Source of the DNA: Felis catus | Taxonomy: Eukaryota | Length of the DNA: 60,000 nucleotides | Direction of reading: 5' to 3' | Assembly: GCF_018350175.1 (NCBI RefSeq) | Contig: NC_058383.1 | Coordinates: 7,194,001 to 7,254,000, forward strand | Shown here: in pieces, positions 11,720 to 26,329 of the stretch | How positions within the stretch are numbered: position 1 is the first letter of the stretch | Layout of the letters: each line of letters begins with the position of its first letter | The notes under the pieces: model-generated | Databases searched by the model: none | What the model was told of the DNA's origin: nothing | Seen by the model: only the letters and a program-made list of their open reading frames with translations | Made by a program: the position numbers and the translations under genes

Positions 11720-12327
11720 CTCTACATACACACATTATAGATATATATATATGTAGTTATAAATAATACTGTGTGGTTTTTGAACAGTTTTCAATCTCTA
11801 TTTAAAAATAACGACATGCAGAATTTAGCAGTCTACAATAAAGGTGTATTCCAGTGTTTTACCAGTGCATTGGTTGCTACACGAGAGCGTCAGCTTTGTG
11901 TTTGTAAAATTCGGGATTTTTACATTCTCTCTGTCATGGGCCGTATACAGAATTGTTTTCAGTTTCTTTTCTGTTCTCCATTATTCTCAGTGGTCTGCCA
12001 GTGAAGGTTCTAGATATGTTTATTAATGCCCCAACCAGCTGCTTCCCCCTTGTCTCTGATACCTGAGCACTGTCAGCTCTGTGCTGCTCTCACTGGAGGA
12101 GATAATCTCCTGTGTCTCAAAGGCCTATGTAACCTGCCAAGTCCAGAGCTCCTTGTTTTGTCCGTTAACCGTGGACTTGTAAAAAGCTCACAGAATTGGA
12201 GAAGTATTCACTTTTCCTTTATTAACTATGTATATGCCTTTCTTTGTGCTAATACCACTTACTGTTTTCTAGGAGAGACCTGTCCATTCTTTTTTCAAAC
12301 TCATACTTTATTAGAAATGGAAAGTGA

Positions 12328-12539
12328 TTTTTTTTAATGTTTATTTATTTTTGAGAGAGAGACAGAGTGTGAGCTGGGGAGGGACAAGAGAGACAGGGAG
12401 ACACAGAATCCAAAGCCAGCTCCGTCCAGGCTCTGAGCTGTCAGCACAGAGCCTGACGCAGGGCTCGAACTCACAAACCGTGAGATCATGACCTGAGCCG
12501 AAGTCGGACGCTCAACTGACTGAGCCACCCAGGCACCCC
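12328..12539 (-). mobile_element. CanSINE in the last ZKSCAN1 intron
   Basis: Full body; near-perfect TSD tggaa(a/c)gtgattttt. Confidence 0.9.
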
Positions 12540-12864
12540 TGGAACGTGATTTTTTTTAAACATATATTCCTTCAAATTAATTAGGGGGTGACCATTCATA
12601 CAACTGTGAATGATGACCTCCTGCATTCCTCATTCCTTCCTTCCCTAACTGGTCCTGCTCCCTCCGCTCTTCCCAGGTGCATGCTCCCATGCTGTCAGCA
12701 CACTGCCCCTGCTGTCCTCCTACTCTGTCTGCCCTCTCCTCCCCAAACTCTGCTCCCTGTTATCCCCATTCTCTTCCCCTGTTTTTCTCATATTTCATCC
12801 CTGTGGATACTGTGATGCCACTTTACAGGCATGTAGAAGCTTCCTGGAGAACACTGTCACTTGA

Positions 12865-13815
<951 letters not shown>

Positions 13816-16245
13816 GGCAAGGAGTTGTCCACAAGCCATTTCCCCCTTCTGTTTCCAAAATTACCTTAGAGACGTGTGCCCACGGAGGGGAAAAAAGGCA
13901 GCCTCAACAGATTATAAAAGTCACACTTAAGGATCCTTGTAGCTACATCAGCAGTGTTCTGCCTTTGCATAGTCTGTGGGCATGTAATCCCTCCACACAG
14001 CCCCTGCAGGGGAAAGCTAGTCACATGGAGAATCCTCACGATACTTCCGTACAAGACGAAAGCACACATCACGGCAAAACGTCAAGCTTTTCAGTAATGA
14101 GGATACCTTTTAAGGTGCTCTTGGCCCAAAAAACCACAGTACAAAATTGAAAGATGAAGATTGGCCCCGTGAAAACGATACTGAGGTTTAAAGCTGCTTG
14201 CTGCAAACAAACCCCACTTGCCCAGCATCTTGCTATCCCGTATTTCTCAAAAAGAGGAACAGTTGAAACAAAAACTGCATTGGGACATGCTGCTCAAACT
14301 AGTTCTAGAGATGATAAGTTATATATGTGATCACTGGTAGCCTGCCAAAGCTATAGAAATCTAGGACTGTGCTGATCAGTATCAAACCAAAGATTTCTGG
14401 CTCTTCCTGAACGAGGGTACGTGCACCAGTCTACAGTTCCAAAGGACTGCAACAAATGTAGATGGCTCTATCCTCATCACTGAGATAAATCCTACTGAAA
14501 TGGCAACAATGATTCAAAACCCTTCTCTCCCTTCTCGAAATCCCTAAAGCACTATGGCACTCCTAAATGCATTTCTCCACAAGCTAGCACTTGATTGTAT
14601 ACTGTCTTTTAATCCACCATTGTTTCGTGTATGAAAGTTTTCATCCTGCCCCCTGCCACACCCCAGCAAAGAGATGCTTCGACCGTCAGGGGATATATTT
14701 ACATCCCCGTCAGCACTGGACACAGTGCTGAACACCTAAGACGCACTCATTATACCTGACTTCTAACAGGACTTTCTATGCTTATGATAAAGTCCTGTGT
14801 GAATCATGAGTACCTGAAGTATGGTAGCCTGGCCCAACTTTTGAAGAGGACCTTCGGAATCCGAGGCATGCTAAAGCTCTGGGGTCTGATGCTGTTTTTA
14901 TCCTGAATATAAAAGAAAGGTGCTGGCCAGCTGCCTGCATAGACTCTTCCTAAACACAGATCTGTGAGTAAGTACCATGGAATGTCAGAAGTGACTTTAT
15001 TGTCATCATCTTAAGAAAAATAGGAACATTTACTAAGGCCAGTTTTTAACATCTTTCTGTTCCAAAAGATCTTAGAATTCTCTTCAGTCAGCTGTTGAAC
15101 GTGATCATTTAGGCACTTTCTGAGTCATTTGTAACTAAATATAGTTCAGAAGCTATAATTTGTGTTGCTTTTCAGAAAAAGGAAACCTGTAGAGTGCATC
15201 CCCCCCCCAACACACACACTTTTCCAGAAGCTTTGCAAAAGCATTTGATATCGTTAGCTGGCAATTACCAAACAAGTTTGTTGCTCTGAGGAGTTCACCA
15301 ACAAGCTGAGACGTGGTTGGGTGTATCATAGTTGAACTGCACAGCATCTCTTCTGTTTCTTACCCCTGAAGACTGAGGGGAGGTTCTGAAACTCATCTTT
15401 TCCATCGTCTGTGCAGGAGGAAGCAATTGGCTGCCTAGAAACTAATGGCAGACGTTTTTCAGATACACATACGGGAGACACAGGTAGCATGGGCTACATA
15501 GGCAGTCCTCAGGGACTTGGGTAGAGATGACTCTGCTCCTGAGAGTGTGCAAATGATGGTGGACAGCCCTGCACAAACTTAGAAACAGACTAAGAGCAGA
15601 CCCGAAGACTCCCCTTCCTGGGGGAACCCCACATAGAGTTTGAGGTTTTCCATCAAGAAACAAACTATCGTTGGCCAGTTGTTCAGTGACCCAGCAGCTC
15701 AAGCCTGGGAGACAGCATGGCTGTATGGGGAACCAGTAAGGTGGGGACAACTGTGGCCTCAGTTTCAGACCAAACTAGAAATTCTGCACAGCAGTAATTC
15801 TTTGGCCTCTCTTTAGAGCTGGGACCGACCACAGCTCCCCTGTAGCTTCTGAACGGTCCTGTCAGTGTTGGCTGAGGAAACTTCAAGGAAGTCTGCAGGT
15901 GACCAGACTATTTCTGTCCGTCCAGTTTCAGACCAACAGAAGAGATAGTCCAGAAGAATATGCCTCCATAGCTTTTTATAGTCCGTGAAGCTGGAAGAAG
16001 TGCTTTTAAGGTTTTTTTCAGAGAGGACGCCACAGTGGAGGCTTCACGGCTGGTGCTCATCAGCAAAGACTTGCCACTGGGGAGCACCAGGAGCAGCAGG
16101 CCGCTTAACCCCAGGCACTGATCAAAGCACTGACTGTTCTGGAGAGGGAACGAACTTGGGTTGGTTCCACATTGGTCCTTTTTTGTTGTTGTTGTTGTTT
16201 TTAGCCATAACTCCATGCTGACATTAATTCAGCCATCGTTTTGGG

Positions 16246-16279
<34 letters not shown>

Positions 16280-19200
16280 TTTGTTTTGAAAAGGAAAGTT
16301 CAGTCCAGCCTGTGCCCTCCTATTTCTCTTCGTTGCCGACCACGGGGGAGCCACGGCGGTTGCCTCAGATCTTCAGCAGATGCACTTCTGAAAGCAGCCA
16401 TTTGAAAATGCATTTTCTGGGGGCCGGGGGGGACAGGCTATGGGTGTTCACGAAAACCTTTCACATTGGTCCATTTATCAGCTGCTCAGTGTAGAGTGTA
16501 ATTGGGTCACGGTCAGAAAGGCTCACCACATCTCATTAGTGTGTCAGGACACTCAGAAGTTCTTGACTGGCCGAAGTCTATTAACAAACAGTTTAAGTAC
16601 TCCGTAGTTAACCATTAGCATGCTAGTTGACCTGATGGAAGTTTTTGAAGGGTTTTTAAAGGATATACCTTAAATACACCTGCCAGGAAGATAAGTAAAA
16701 TTCTTCAGATTGTGGGGGGGATTTGTCTGTATTCCAGCCTGGCAGGCAAGGCTCCAGCCTGAAAAGACAGATCTCTGAGGCATCTTGATATGTAAGACAC
16801 TTCGTGTTTGATCAAAGGCATAAAAGTGAAACTGTGCTAAATGTGTACAGACAGCTCGCTGCATTTGATACGTGAGACCATTGACATCTTACATACATCA
16901 GAAAACTCATTCCAGGAAAGAACCTCGAGAATGCGATAAATATGGCAAAGCCTTTCATCACATCTCAGCCCTTGGCATCCAAAAACTTACACTGTAAATA
17001 AACTTTATTAATATTGTATGTGAGGAAAACTTTCACGTATACCACTCGTTGCTTTGGACAGAAAATGAATTCCGTCAGTATGTTCCAATCATGTAATGAA
17101 TTTCAGATACACTGCAGAGGAAGCCTGATCCACTCCAGAGGATCCACAGAAGAAAAAAAATGTGGGGAAATGCTAAAAAGAAGGCAAAAATTGTTAAAAA
17201 AATTGTTCATGTTGGGTACTTCTATATATTTTGTATGACCCACAATGTCAATGTCTGTGTTTTGTACCTTCAACCCCGGTTGTGATTCTGTGTATTCCCT
17301 GTAAACAGATAATGTATTTTATTTTAATCTATTTGACGGAACACATCACTCCAAAAGAGCAAAACTTCTGGAGTGAGTAGTGAAGGAGTTGATGTGGGTA
17401 TAGACAAGAAGTTGGTTTACAGAACGGACGAGGGGGAAGAGGAGAGAAAACCTTTAGAGTTTGGTGCTCACCAAATCAGAAGAGATTAGTAGATTCCTTA
17501 GGAGAGACAGGTCAATAGGCCTCTAAAATGGAACAGTTCCTATAAACATCTGCAGCTTCCTGCGCATTTTCTCTTCAAAGCCAGGAAGTGGACCTCTTAG
17601 CTGCCAGCTCACCATTTCAGGCAAAGAAAATGGGTTCTCTGAGCTTGCGAGGTGGGGGAAGAGGGGCTTCTCCAGGAATCAAGAGTAGGGAGTGCACTGG
17701 AAAGGCCCATTGGGACCCATTAACCTGACCAGGTCATATAAACTATGGCCCTGCTTCCCCCACTCACTCTGTTCTTTATGCTTAGGCAATTTGGGTTAGC
17801 AGAACGCCAGGATGGGCCCTTTCCTGGAAAACCGGCATCCAGTTCCTGGCATGGCAGGAAGTTTTTCTGATAAGGCTTGAGAAGCGTTTTGCAGTATTTG
17901 CTTTGGCTGTGCTCCTGTGTAGCTTCCCTGCTCCCACTTACTTCCCGTGATTATTAGAAGGCTTGTGAAGATTCATAGCTGTGAAGGAATTTTTTTCTTC
18001 CTTTTTATCCTAGAGTTGATCACCTTTTATTCCAGGGTCTGGTCACCCTGATGTCCTCATCTGAAGCTAGCTAACCAGGTTCATCCTACCATCCTCATGG
18101 AAGATTCGTTATGTGAATTGGAGTAACAGTATTAAAATGTAGTCAAACGGTGACAGCAATACTTGCCAGAGGAGCCATATTTTTGTGTGTCCAGCTCTGA
18201 GCAACTTCTCAGAAATATTTATGAGGGGGCTGGGTTCCCCATCTGGGAAACCAAATGAAGGTCTGCAGGTTGTGAAATGAAATGTAGAGTCAGAAGAAGA
18301 AACTAAGTGGTATAAATAGATCTTTTCATAGAAGTTAGAGTAGATTTTTATTTCAACTACTACTGGAGAGTTTAATAAAAAGCATTATTTGCAGAGTTTT
18401 CCTAACCTAGGTTTAGATTTTGTTTTTAGAATGGACACACTACTGTACATTTAAAAGCAGTTACTTATTTTGCTATTCAAATTAATTTTTTATTATATCT
18501 GAAGATGAAATTATCTGTTTTACTTTTCAAAGCTTTGTAAAACAAACTTGAAGTTATAGGGAGGCTAAGCCATCTCCAATTCTGCAGGTCAAATAAAAGT
18601 TGGAGAAATAACTTTGGACATATCATACAACAGAATGTGTCAATGTGAGAACTTAGTTTCATATTGTTCTGTTTGACGGTGGAGGGCACAAACCTCATGT
18701 TTTCCTCTTATCCTGAAACAGTGGAAGGTAAGGAGAGGCATGAGGTTTGGCTTCTAAACACTGTTATTTTAACAGCTTTTTTTTTTTTTTTTTAATGTTT
18801 TGAGATTTCTCCCCTCCGTTTACTTAAAGAATTATGGCCCACTTAGAATTACATGGTAATTAGCAAAGCTAATTGGTCTTCAAGTTCAACTTTCTCCCTT
18901 CAGCAAGCACTCATGAAGCAGTGAGGCCGAGTGAGTGTCTTAAGACATAAAAAAAAATGAGACCTGCAAGTGATTGAAAGGTGGTAATAAAACTCAGATT
19001 TCATTCCAGTTTCAGATTTGGGTTTTAAGTTTCTTGAGTCCAGGGAAGGGACTAGGCAAGCGCAGTCGCCCCGACTCAGGTGTGTGTGTTACTGCTTGCT
19101 CGCCTTCCTCCTCACCTCAACCACTGACCAGTGTAAGTAAGGTTTCTTTCTGCCCTAGCAAGGACAAAGCATGTTAGGCTCAGACCAGCTTCTGCCAGTA

Positions 19201-20660
19201 GCAGGGGTTACATGAAAACGAATAATTGGGGGGAGGGGGGATGGGGGGGGGAGAAGGCGGATGGTGATTGTGCAGAAAAATCTTGTTCTAAAACAATACG
19301 AGTGTGAGGGTAAGGGTGGGGAGGGTTACAAGCAAAATCAGCGATTATTTTAAAATGAACATATTGTATTTTTATTAACTTGTAGTTAAATATAGGTTAT
19401 TACAACCAGGTCAACATGATAAGCCTAAATCTATATAGAGAGCTAACTCAGGCATTGTCTTGTTTATCTGTAGACTGGATAAGACAAACCTTTCCTGTTC
19501 TGTCAGTCCCTAGTTTCTTAGTTTAGAATAAGTTAGATCGAAAGAAGAAAATGTGTCTTTGTAATACCCGCAGAATTAAGTTCTTGCTGTTGAAACCTGG
19601 CTTCTCATTTCACTAGTCTTAGGAGAGTCCAGACGCTTGGTAGATGTTCAGGAAGTGATTTTTAAATTGCATTTGTTCCTTTAAAATCCTCATTAACCTT
19701 TCTAGGAAGGCTTCTTTGAATAAATAATGGGATCTTAGAGGAAAAGTGGTTTGTTTTTTTTAAAAGCTAGGGAACTCCTCTATTGAAAATCATTTGAAAA
19801 CTTGATTGAGGACTTAAGTTTCCATTATGAGAAATGGCAGCAAAATGACACTTACATGCATTTATAGTCAATGGTCCATTGTAGGCGGCCGGTGGTGTCT
19901 GATGAATGTTAGAGCAGTGAGGTTGGGGAAGGAGATTGTGGGGAATTGTAATAAATATCTATGTTGTTTCTCTTCTGGGTCATGGTAAAACAATAAATTC
20001 TCACCTCTAGGTGGCAGTGTTGGTGGCGTTTGCTTTTTGTCCTCCTTCGTTGCATAAATACACATTTTGGGTGAAGGAAAAAGTATAACTTCAAAGTTAA
20101 AAACAACTGCACCCCTGCAGACCATCTTCGCAGCCACGAACGTGCTGTAAGTAACTTCACAGGAGCACGTTCCAAGCAGCCTTTCGAAGGCAACCAATGA
20201 AAACCTGTGGTGTGAAGTAGCTCTTCCCGATACCCCAAAACACGATTTTCTCAGAAGACGGAACCATTAAAACAACCTTTGACCAATTTATGACACTCCA
20301 AAAAAAACTGAACATCCTAACGGTTGGTGCAGCAGGTGATCTGTTCAGATCTTCACACTGTGACTTCTCCCCTGATAACCTGGTTCTGTTATTGTGCAAT
20401 GTAGTGAAACAGACTCCCATTTGATTTTTTTTTCTTACTTTGTCTCATTTAAATGCTTTATACACCCTATTTAGAAACCAGAATCGAGGCGTGAAACATT
20501 CTATCTGCTTCTGTTTCAGGGTTCTTAAGGACTACTAACTCCTGCCCTGCCTGCTCTAGTGGAACATGCAAACTCTTTTTAAAGTAAATAAAAGAAGTAA
20601 AAGGTGGCACATGTGAGAAAAAAAAAAAAGTTTTTTATGCATTGATCTTCACAATAAAAT
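13816..20660 (+). other. ZKSCAN1: Probable long 3'UTR of ZKSCAN1 with several candidate poly(A) signals
   Basis: No CanSINE seen from ~12540 to ~21800. AATAAA at 16997, 18374, 18592, 19719, 20587 and 20653. The true 3' end cannot be fixed from sequence alone. Confidence 0.55.
16896..17034 (+). pseudogene. Decayed C2H2 zinc-finger repeats in the ZKSCAN1 3'UTR
   Basis: 16896-16973 translates HQKTHSRKEPRECDKYGKAFHHISAL. After a frameshift comes HPKTYTVNKLY*, then tgtgaggaaaactttc (CGKTF-like). Confidence 0.65.
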
Positions 20661-21809
20661 CCCCCCATTCAGGGGAACTTTGCCCTGTCCAAGGGTCTTA
20701 GCACCCCGCTCCCCCCACTGCCCAGAGAGCAGAACCTGAGCTGAGGGCTTGTGTGCAGATGATTCATTCGGGGAAGTGATTCCAAAGAACTGAAGTGAGG
20801 GACGGGGTAGGCCGAAATGGGAAGAAATCCAATCCGTTATTGAACTTGGTCACTGCCGTGGAGGATGAACCCTGTGGCAAATTCTGGCCCTGAGCTAATA
20901 AAATCGGCCTTGGGTAAGCAGAGGACGGGAACCTTACCGCACCCCCCCCCCCCCAGGGCAAACTGGAGCTCCAAGAGCCAAGGGTCAGGGTTTCTTCCGG
21001 AAGCTTCTCAGCTTTTTACTCTGCAGTCCAGTTCAAACCCTGGTGGCTGCCTTGCCTTCCTCTCTTCACAGCTGCAGGAGGGAAAGGTGGGTGAGGCCAC
21101 CTTCCTTCCACCCTTACCTTGGTGGACAACCCTATTCGCTGCCAGAGTCTTGGGTTCCCAGTGCAGGTGTCTTCTGCTCTCCAGTCCCCTGTGCTAGTCA
21201 CAGCTTCACTTCACCCTTTCTCAGCAGATGTCCCTCAGTATTCTTTCCCAAGGGCCCAAGTCCACCAGGACGTACCTCACTGCCTGGTCCTTCCTGCTCC
21301 CTGGAGCCCCTGGCCTTGCTCTCTGGTGCTTCCATGCCCCTCACCCGTCAACACCTGTTCTATGTTTAAGTAAACACACCTATAGTTATAAGGAGCAAAA
21401 GCAAATTCTGAAAATCTTTGGACTTTGTCCTTTCCTTTTGGGCTACCAAATTCCTCTCTCAAGTGGACCATGACCGCTCTTCTCATCTCTTAGGTGCTGA
21501 TCTCCCTCCTGTACCTCAGCTCTTTCCCAACCGTTTAAATGGAAGATCACAGGTGTTCTTGACAGCATTTTCCCTCGTCTTCATTCTCCCTTATCTAGAG
21601 CACTTGGCCATTTCCTTGAAACTCCGTCAGTGGCTTGTATTATGCTATCCTTTGGCGGCTCTCTCTTCACTCATGAATAATAAACATCATTTTTTTCTAA
21701 TCCACACATCAATTTTCCAAAAAAAAAACAGTTGACTCAAAAGTGCAGAAACAGGCCTAGAAAATGAAGTGACTTACCCAGTAAATGGGAGAGCAGGATT
21801 TTATTTCTA

Positions 21810-22310
21810 AATTTTTATTTTGAGAGAGAGCATGAGCAGGGGAGGGAGAGAGAGAATCCCAAGCAAGCTCTGCACTGTCAATGCAGAGCCCGACTTGGGG
21901 CTCAGTCTCATGAACAGCAAGATCATGACCCGGGCTGCAGTCAAGAGCCCTAAGCTTAACTGACTGAACCACCCAGGTGCCCCCACTTTATTATTTTTTT
22001 TAATTTATTTACTTCCTTTTTTTTTAATTTTTATTTATTTTTGAGAGAGACAGCGTGTGAGCAGGGGAGGAGCAGAGAGAGGGAAACAGAATTCAAAGCA
22101 GGCTTTGCGTTGTCAGCACAGAACCTGATGCAGGGCTCGAACTCACGAACTGTGAGATCATGACCTGAGTTGAAGTTGGACACTCAAGTGACTGAGCCAC
22201 CCAGGCGCCCCTATTTACTTCCTTATTTTTAAGTAACCTCTCTACCCAACATGGGGCTTGCACTCAACTCCGAGTCGCATGCTCTTCTGATTGAGCCAGC
22301 CAGGTGTCCC
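21810..22310 (-). mobile_element. Three tandem minus-strand CanSINEs
   Basis: Three bodies ending ...gccacccagg(c/t)gcccc-like at ~21984, 22211 and 22310. Confidence 0.85.
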
Positions 22311-23942
22311 CAGAACTAGATTTTAAAACCAGGTGTGTGACTCTAGCAACCATTCTGTTATGAGCTCAATTTTCCCTCCTTCATAAATCACTCACATGAT
22401 CCCACAACTATGCTTATGGAACAGCCTCGCACAATGGTTAAACGTACACAGGCCTTGGAGGGAGCCAGTTTGCCTAGGATCAAACCCTTCATCCACCACT
22501 TACTTGCTGTGTCTTAGTTACCTCATGTGCAAAATGGGCAGAGAGTTCCTATAAGCATTAAATGAGTCATTACATGTAAGTCATGTGCAACAGTGCCTGA
22601 CATAAGTGTTCCAAAAATAGGTCACCTGTTATTTCCTCCATGGGCCTCTCGATCTCTCCTGAATATTTATTTAGCCCTCACAAAAGTCACTTTTTTTAAA
22701 GTGAAACATCCTGGCATGTCCTCCATTCCATGAGTCCCTAAAACACATAACCCTGAAATCAGCTCCTTGTGAAACTGGGGACCCTGGCTCTGGGCCCATT
22801 TCAGTCCCAAATGTTATGTGCAAAAATTTCACAAGGCCTCTCTGATTAAAGTTGCCTCACTCCAGCTGATGCAAGTCCCTTTGCAATCTCAAATCCTCCA
22901 ATGAACCAGAATTTCCCCTGGAGGAGTGAAAATTGCTGCCCAGGCTTAAAGGAGCCCTTCCTTGCTTGTCCCAAACTACCCATGTCCCTTTGCCAGTGGA
23001 CTTACTACCTCCAAGTCTTCAGCGTGGCCTCTACTCTGGATGCTTGAACACAGGAGGTGGTAGTCTGACTCTACCCTACCTGGGTTAAGTTTGTCGCGTG
23101 CCCTACATTTAGTTCTGGATTGCACATTTTAAAAGAGAAACAGTCCAAGTGCTGGATAATAAAAGCAACACCACCTCGTGTGTACAATAAAGGGTTTTTT
23201 TTTTTTTCTTGGTGAAGAGAAAACTCACGGGGAACTTGGTCTCTTCCCTCAAATACCTAAAGGCCTGTCATGATAAAAGAGGGATTTAATTTGTTCTGCG
23301 TGACTCCCAAGACATAGAACCCAAAAGCCTTTGCGACAAACACTGACAGGCCATGTGCTAGGAATAAGAAAAGGAAAGAGTGACAGCAGTGAGTAAGGCA
23401 GATGAGTGAAGGGGCTCTGCCTGGCTGCTACCAGGACAAATGAGAAAAAGGCACCCCTTCCTCAAGACACTTAGTTGACTGCCTTCTGCCTTGCGGGGTA
23501 CAAGTTGCATAACTGGAGTAGCCCTTGTGGAAGCCACTGGGAGAAGAAAGAACCTTGTTGCAGGGCCAGCCAGAGCTGTAAGAATTCAGGCACTCAGGTA
23601 TGGCTGGGGGACTCTCAGAGGCAGGGGGCAGGCAGAAAGGGATTTTGCATTGGGGAAGGCTGGGCCAGATGCCCTTTGTGATCTCCTTCTATTCTGACAT
23701 GATGCACATTTTTTTCTGGGTTCTTCCAGAAACTAGGGGAACAACTTGCAACCTGCTCTTGTAAAAGTCTTGGCAGGAAACTTCACCTTCTCTTATTAGG
23801 GAGAAGGCAGGTGGCTCCTTCCAGAGAGGGCAGAGTTGAAAAAAGTGCCTGTGATGGGTAGAGCCACATCTGTCCCTGGGGAAGGGGGCATGGAGGCTAA
23901 CATTAAACCAGAGAGGGGATCAGAAATAATATTGTAGCCAAG

Positions 23943-24165
23943 AACACTTAGTGATAGAGAACAAACTATAGGTTGTTGGAGGAGGTGGGTGGGAGATGGG
24001 CTGGATGGGTGATGGGTACTAAGGAGGCCACTTGTTATGATGATCACTGGGTGTTGTATGTAAGTGAATTCAGAATCACTGAATTCTACTCCTGGCACCA
24101 ATATAGCACTGTCTGTTAACTAACTAAAATTTTAAAAATAAATAAAATGATCAGGTTAAAAAAAA
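23943..24165 (+). mobile_element. 5'-truncated carnivore L1 3' end
   Basis: G-rich L1 3'UTR (ggaggaggtgggtgggagatgggc...cactgggtgttgtatgtaagtga...tcactgaattctactcctg) with an A-rich tail. TSD atattgtagccaa at 23930 and 24651. Confidence 0.8.
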
Positions 24166-24199
24166 TAATACTGTTACCAAATAAACATTTTACCTTTTT

Positions 24200-24618
24200 A
24201 AATATTTTCTTAAAGTTTATTTATTTTTTTGAGAGAGAACAAGAGCTCCAATGAGTGTCGGGGAGAGGCAGAGAGAGGAGAGAGAGAATCCCAAGCAGGC
24301 TCTGTGCTGTCACCACAAAACCCAGCACAGGACTTGATCTCATGAACTATGAGATCTTGACCTGAGCCGAATCAAGAGTCAGATGCTAAACCTACTGAGC
24401 CACCCAGGCACCGCCCAAATAAACATTTTATTTTATTTTATTTTATTTTATTTTATTTTATTTTATTTTATTTTATTTTATTTTATTTTATTTTATTTTT
24501 TCAACGTTTATTTATTTTTGGGACAGAGAGAGACAGAGCATGAACGGGCGAGGGGCAGAGAGAGAGGGAGACACAGAATCGGAAACAGGCTCCAGGCTCT
24601 GAGCCATCAGCCCAGAGC
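24200..24618 (-). mobile_element. Two CanSINEs nested in the L1 tail; the second is 5'-truncated with an (ATTTT)n tail
   Basis: ccaaataaacatttta occurs three times (24177, 24415, 24620), delimiting the two insertions. Confidence 0.85.
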
Positions 24619-26329
24619 CCCAAATAAACATTTTAAATGATTAAAAAAATATATTGTAGCCAAAAGTGATGAAGACTAGAAGTCTCACTGTTGGTATAGT
24701 CAGTTACAAAGCCAGTGCACTTCTGTGTGATCCAAACACTTGAAGTTGTCAGAGAAGGTGGGGCACCTGGCTGGCTCAGTCAGTAGAGTGTAGGACTCTT
24801 GATCTCAGGGTTGTGAGTTTGAGCCCCACACTGGGTGTAGAGACTACTTAAAGTTGTCAGAGAAGGTACTATTATGCCCATTTTCCTGATAATCAAATTG
24901 CAGATCTAAATCTCCCAAGGCTCATTGGCAACGGAGCTCCAGCTTCAAGCTGTGAGGTTGTCTGACTACATCACTCTGCTTTTATTCTCTTTTCCTTTCA
25001 TTTTATTTTTTCTTTCTTTTTTAAAATATACATATTTAAAGTTATCTCTACACCCAATGTGGAGCTCAAACTCAGGACCCCAAGATCAAGTCACAAGCTC
25101 TACTGACTGAGCCACCCAGGCGCCCATCCTTTCATTTTCTTTAGCTGAATGATTGTTTTTGCAGCTCCCCAACATGCTGTACGTGTGGACCCCTTCCAGG
25201 AAGAAAAAAAAGGAAGTTTTCACAGTTGGAATGGGACAGAAGTTCGCCGAGCCCTGTTTTAGGAGAAATCAAGATTTGATCACCCTCTACTGGCTAAGCA
25301 TAGTGACGGCAGCAAAAAGAAGCCGTGGTGAGAATGAGCAAGGAAGATCCAGAGAGTCACCATTTTAGGGACAAACTTGACCACCATGCTGCTGGTAGGG
25401 AAGGGAGGAAGCTAGAGCCTACAGTAACCAGTGGTAGGTAGCTTTTCCCCTTCTGGATTTCTGCTACAAGGAGAAGGAATGCTTTTTCTTTTTCAGGCCA
25501 AATAACCTTTCAAGCAAAAAAGAACTGGATAATGTAGAGAAAAATGGGAGAGTATGGAGGTCATTTAGGAACCATGGACCTTCAGAGGGCCCTCGGTCAG
25601 TTCAGACATTTTACATTCCAAGATTCAGAAGCAACTTTCAGATCATGGAACTGTTGCAAGTGATCGCTGGGACCTGATAGATTTTAAATATTTTGAAGGG
25701 CTGGCAAGAAGAACAACTACATTTTGTGAGATAAAAGGACCAATCAAAACCAGGGTTGAAATTGTAGGAAAACAGATTTTTGCTTTAATGTAAAGAAATT
25801 CCAGCAATTAGAACGTCCCAAAAGGAGGGAACTGTTCTCTAAATGAGTAAGCTCCCTGCCATGTAAATGGTTAGAAGCAGAGGGCTGTTCACAGAAAGAG
25901 TGTTTGCACGTTAACAAGAGGCTAGTCTGTGGTTGCCTACGATGCCTTATTCAGGCACCATTTATTGGTCTCATCTCTATTTTCATTGACCACATCTGCA
26001 ATTATTTGCTTACATATCTGCCAAGAACTGTATTTTTCATTTTTTCCTTGTGCTTTAATACAATGGCTGACACATTCTTGGTATTTGTCAAATGAATTCA
26101 CTGGAAAAGTATGAGGTTCTTGGAAATCAAAACTGTTCTGAAGAGGAAATGCAGGTGACACACCACAGTGAGCCACCAGTCAAGTTGGCTAACTTTTCCT
26201 TTGCTCTCTTGTGGTTGTGCTATAGTTATTTTAATGGAAGAAAATAATGACTCACCCTAAGTTAATTTGCTTTAATAAAGTATGATTTGCATGGATAGCC
26301 TGTTGATCTTCCTAATGCTTTTAAAAAAA

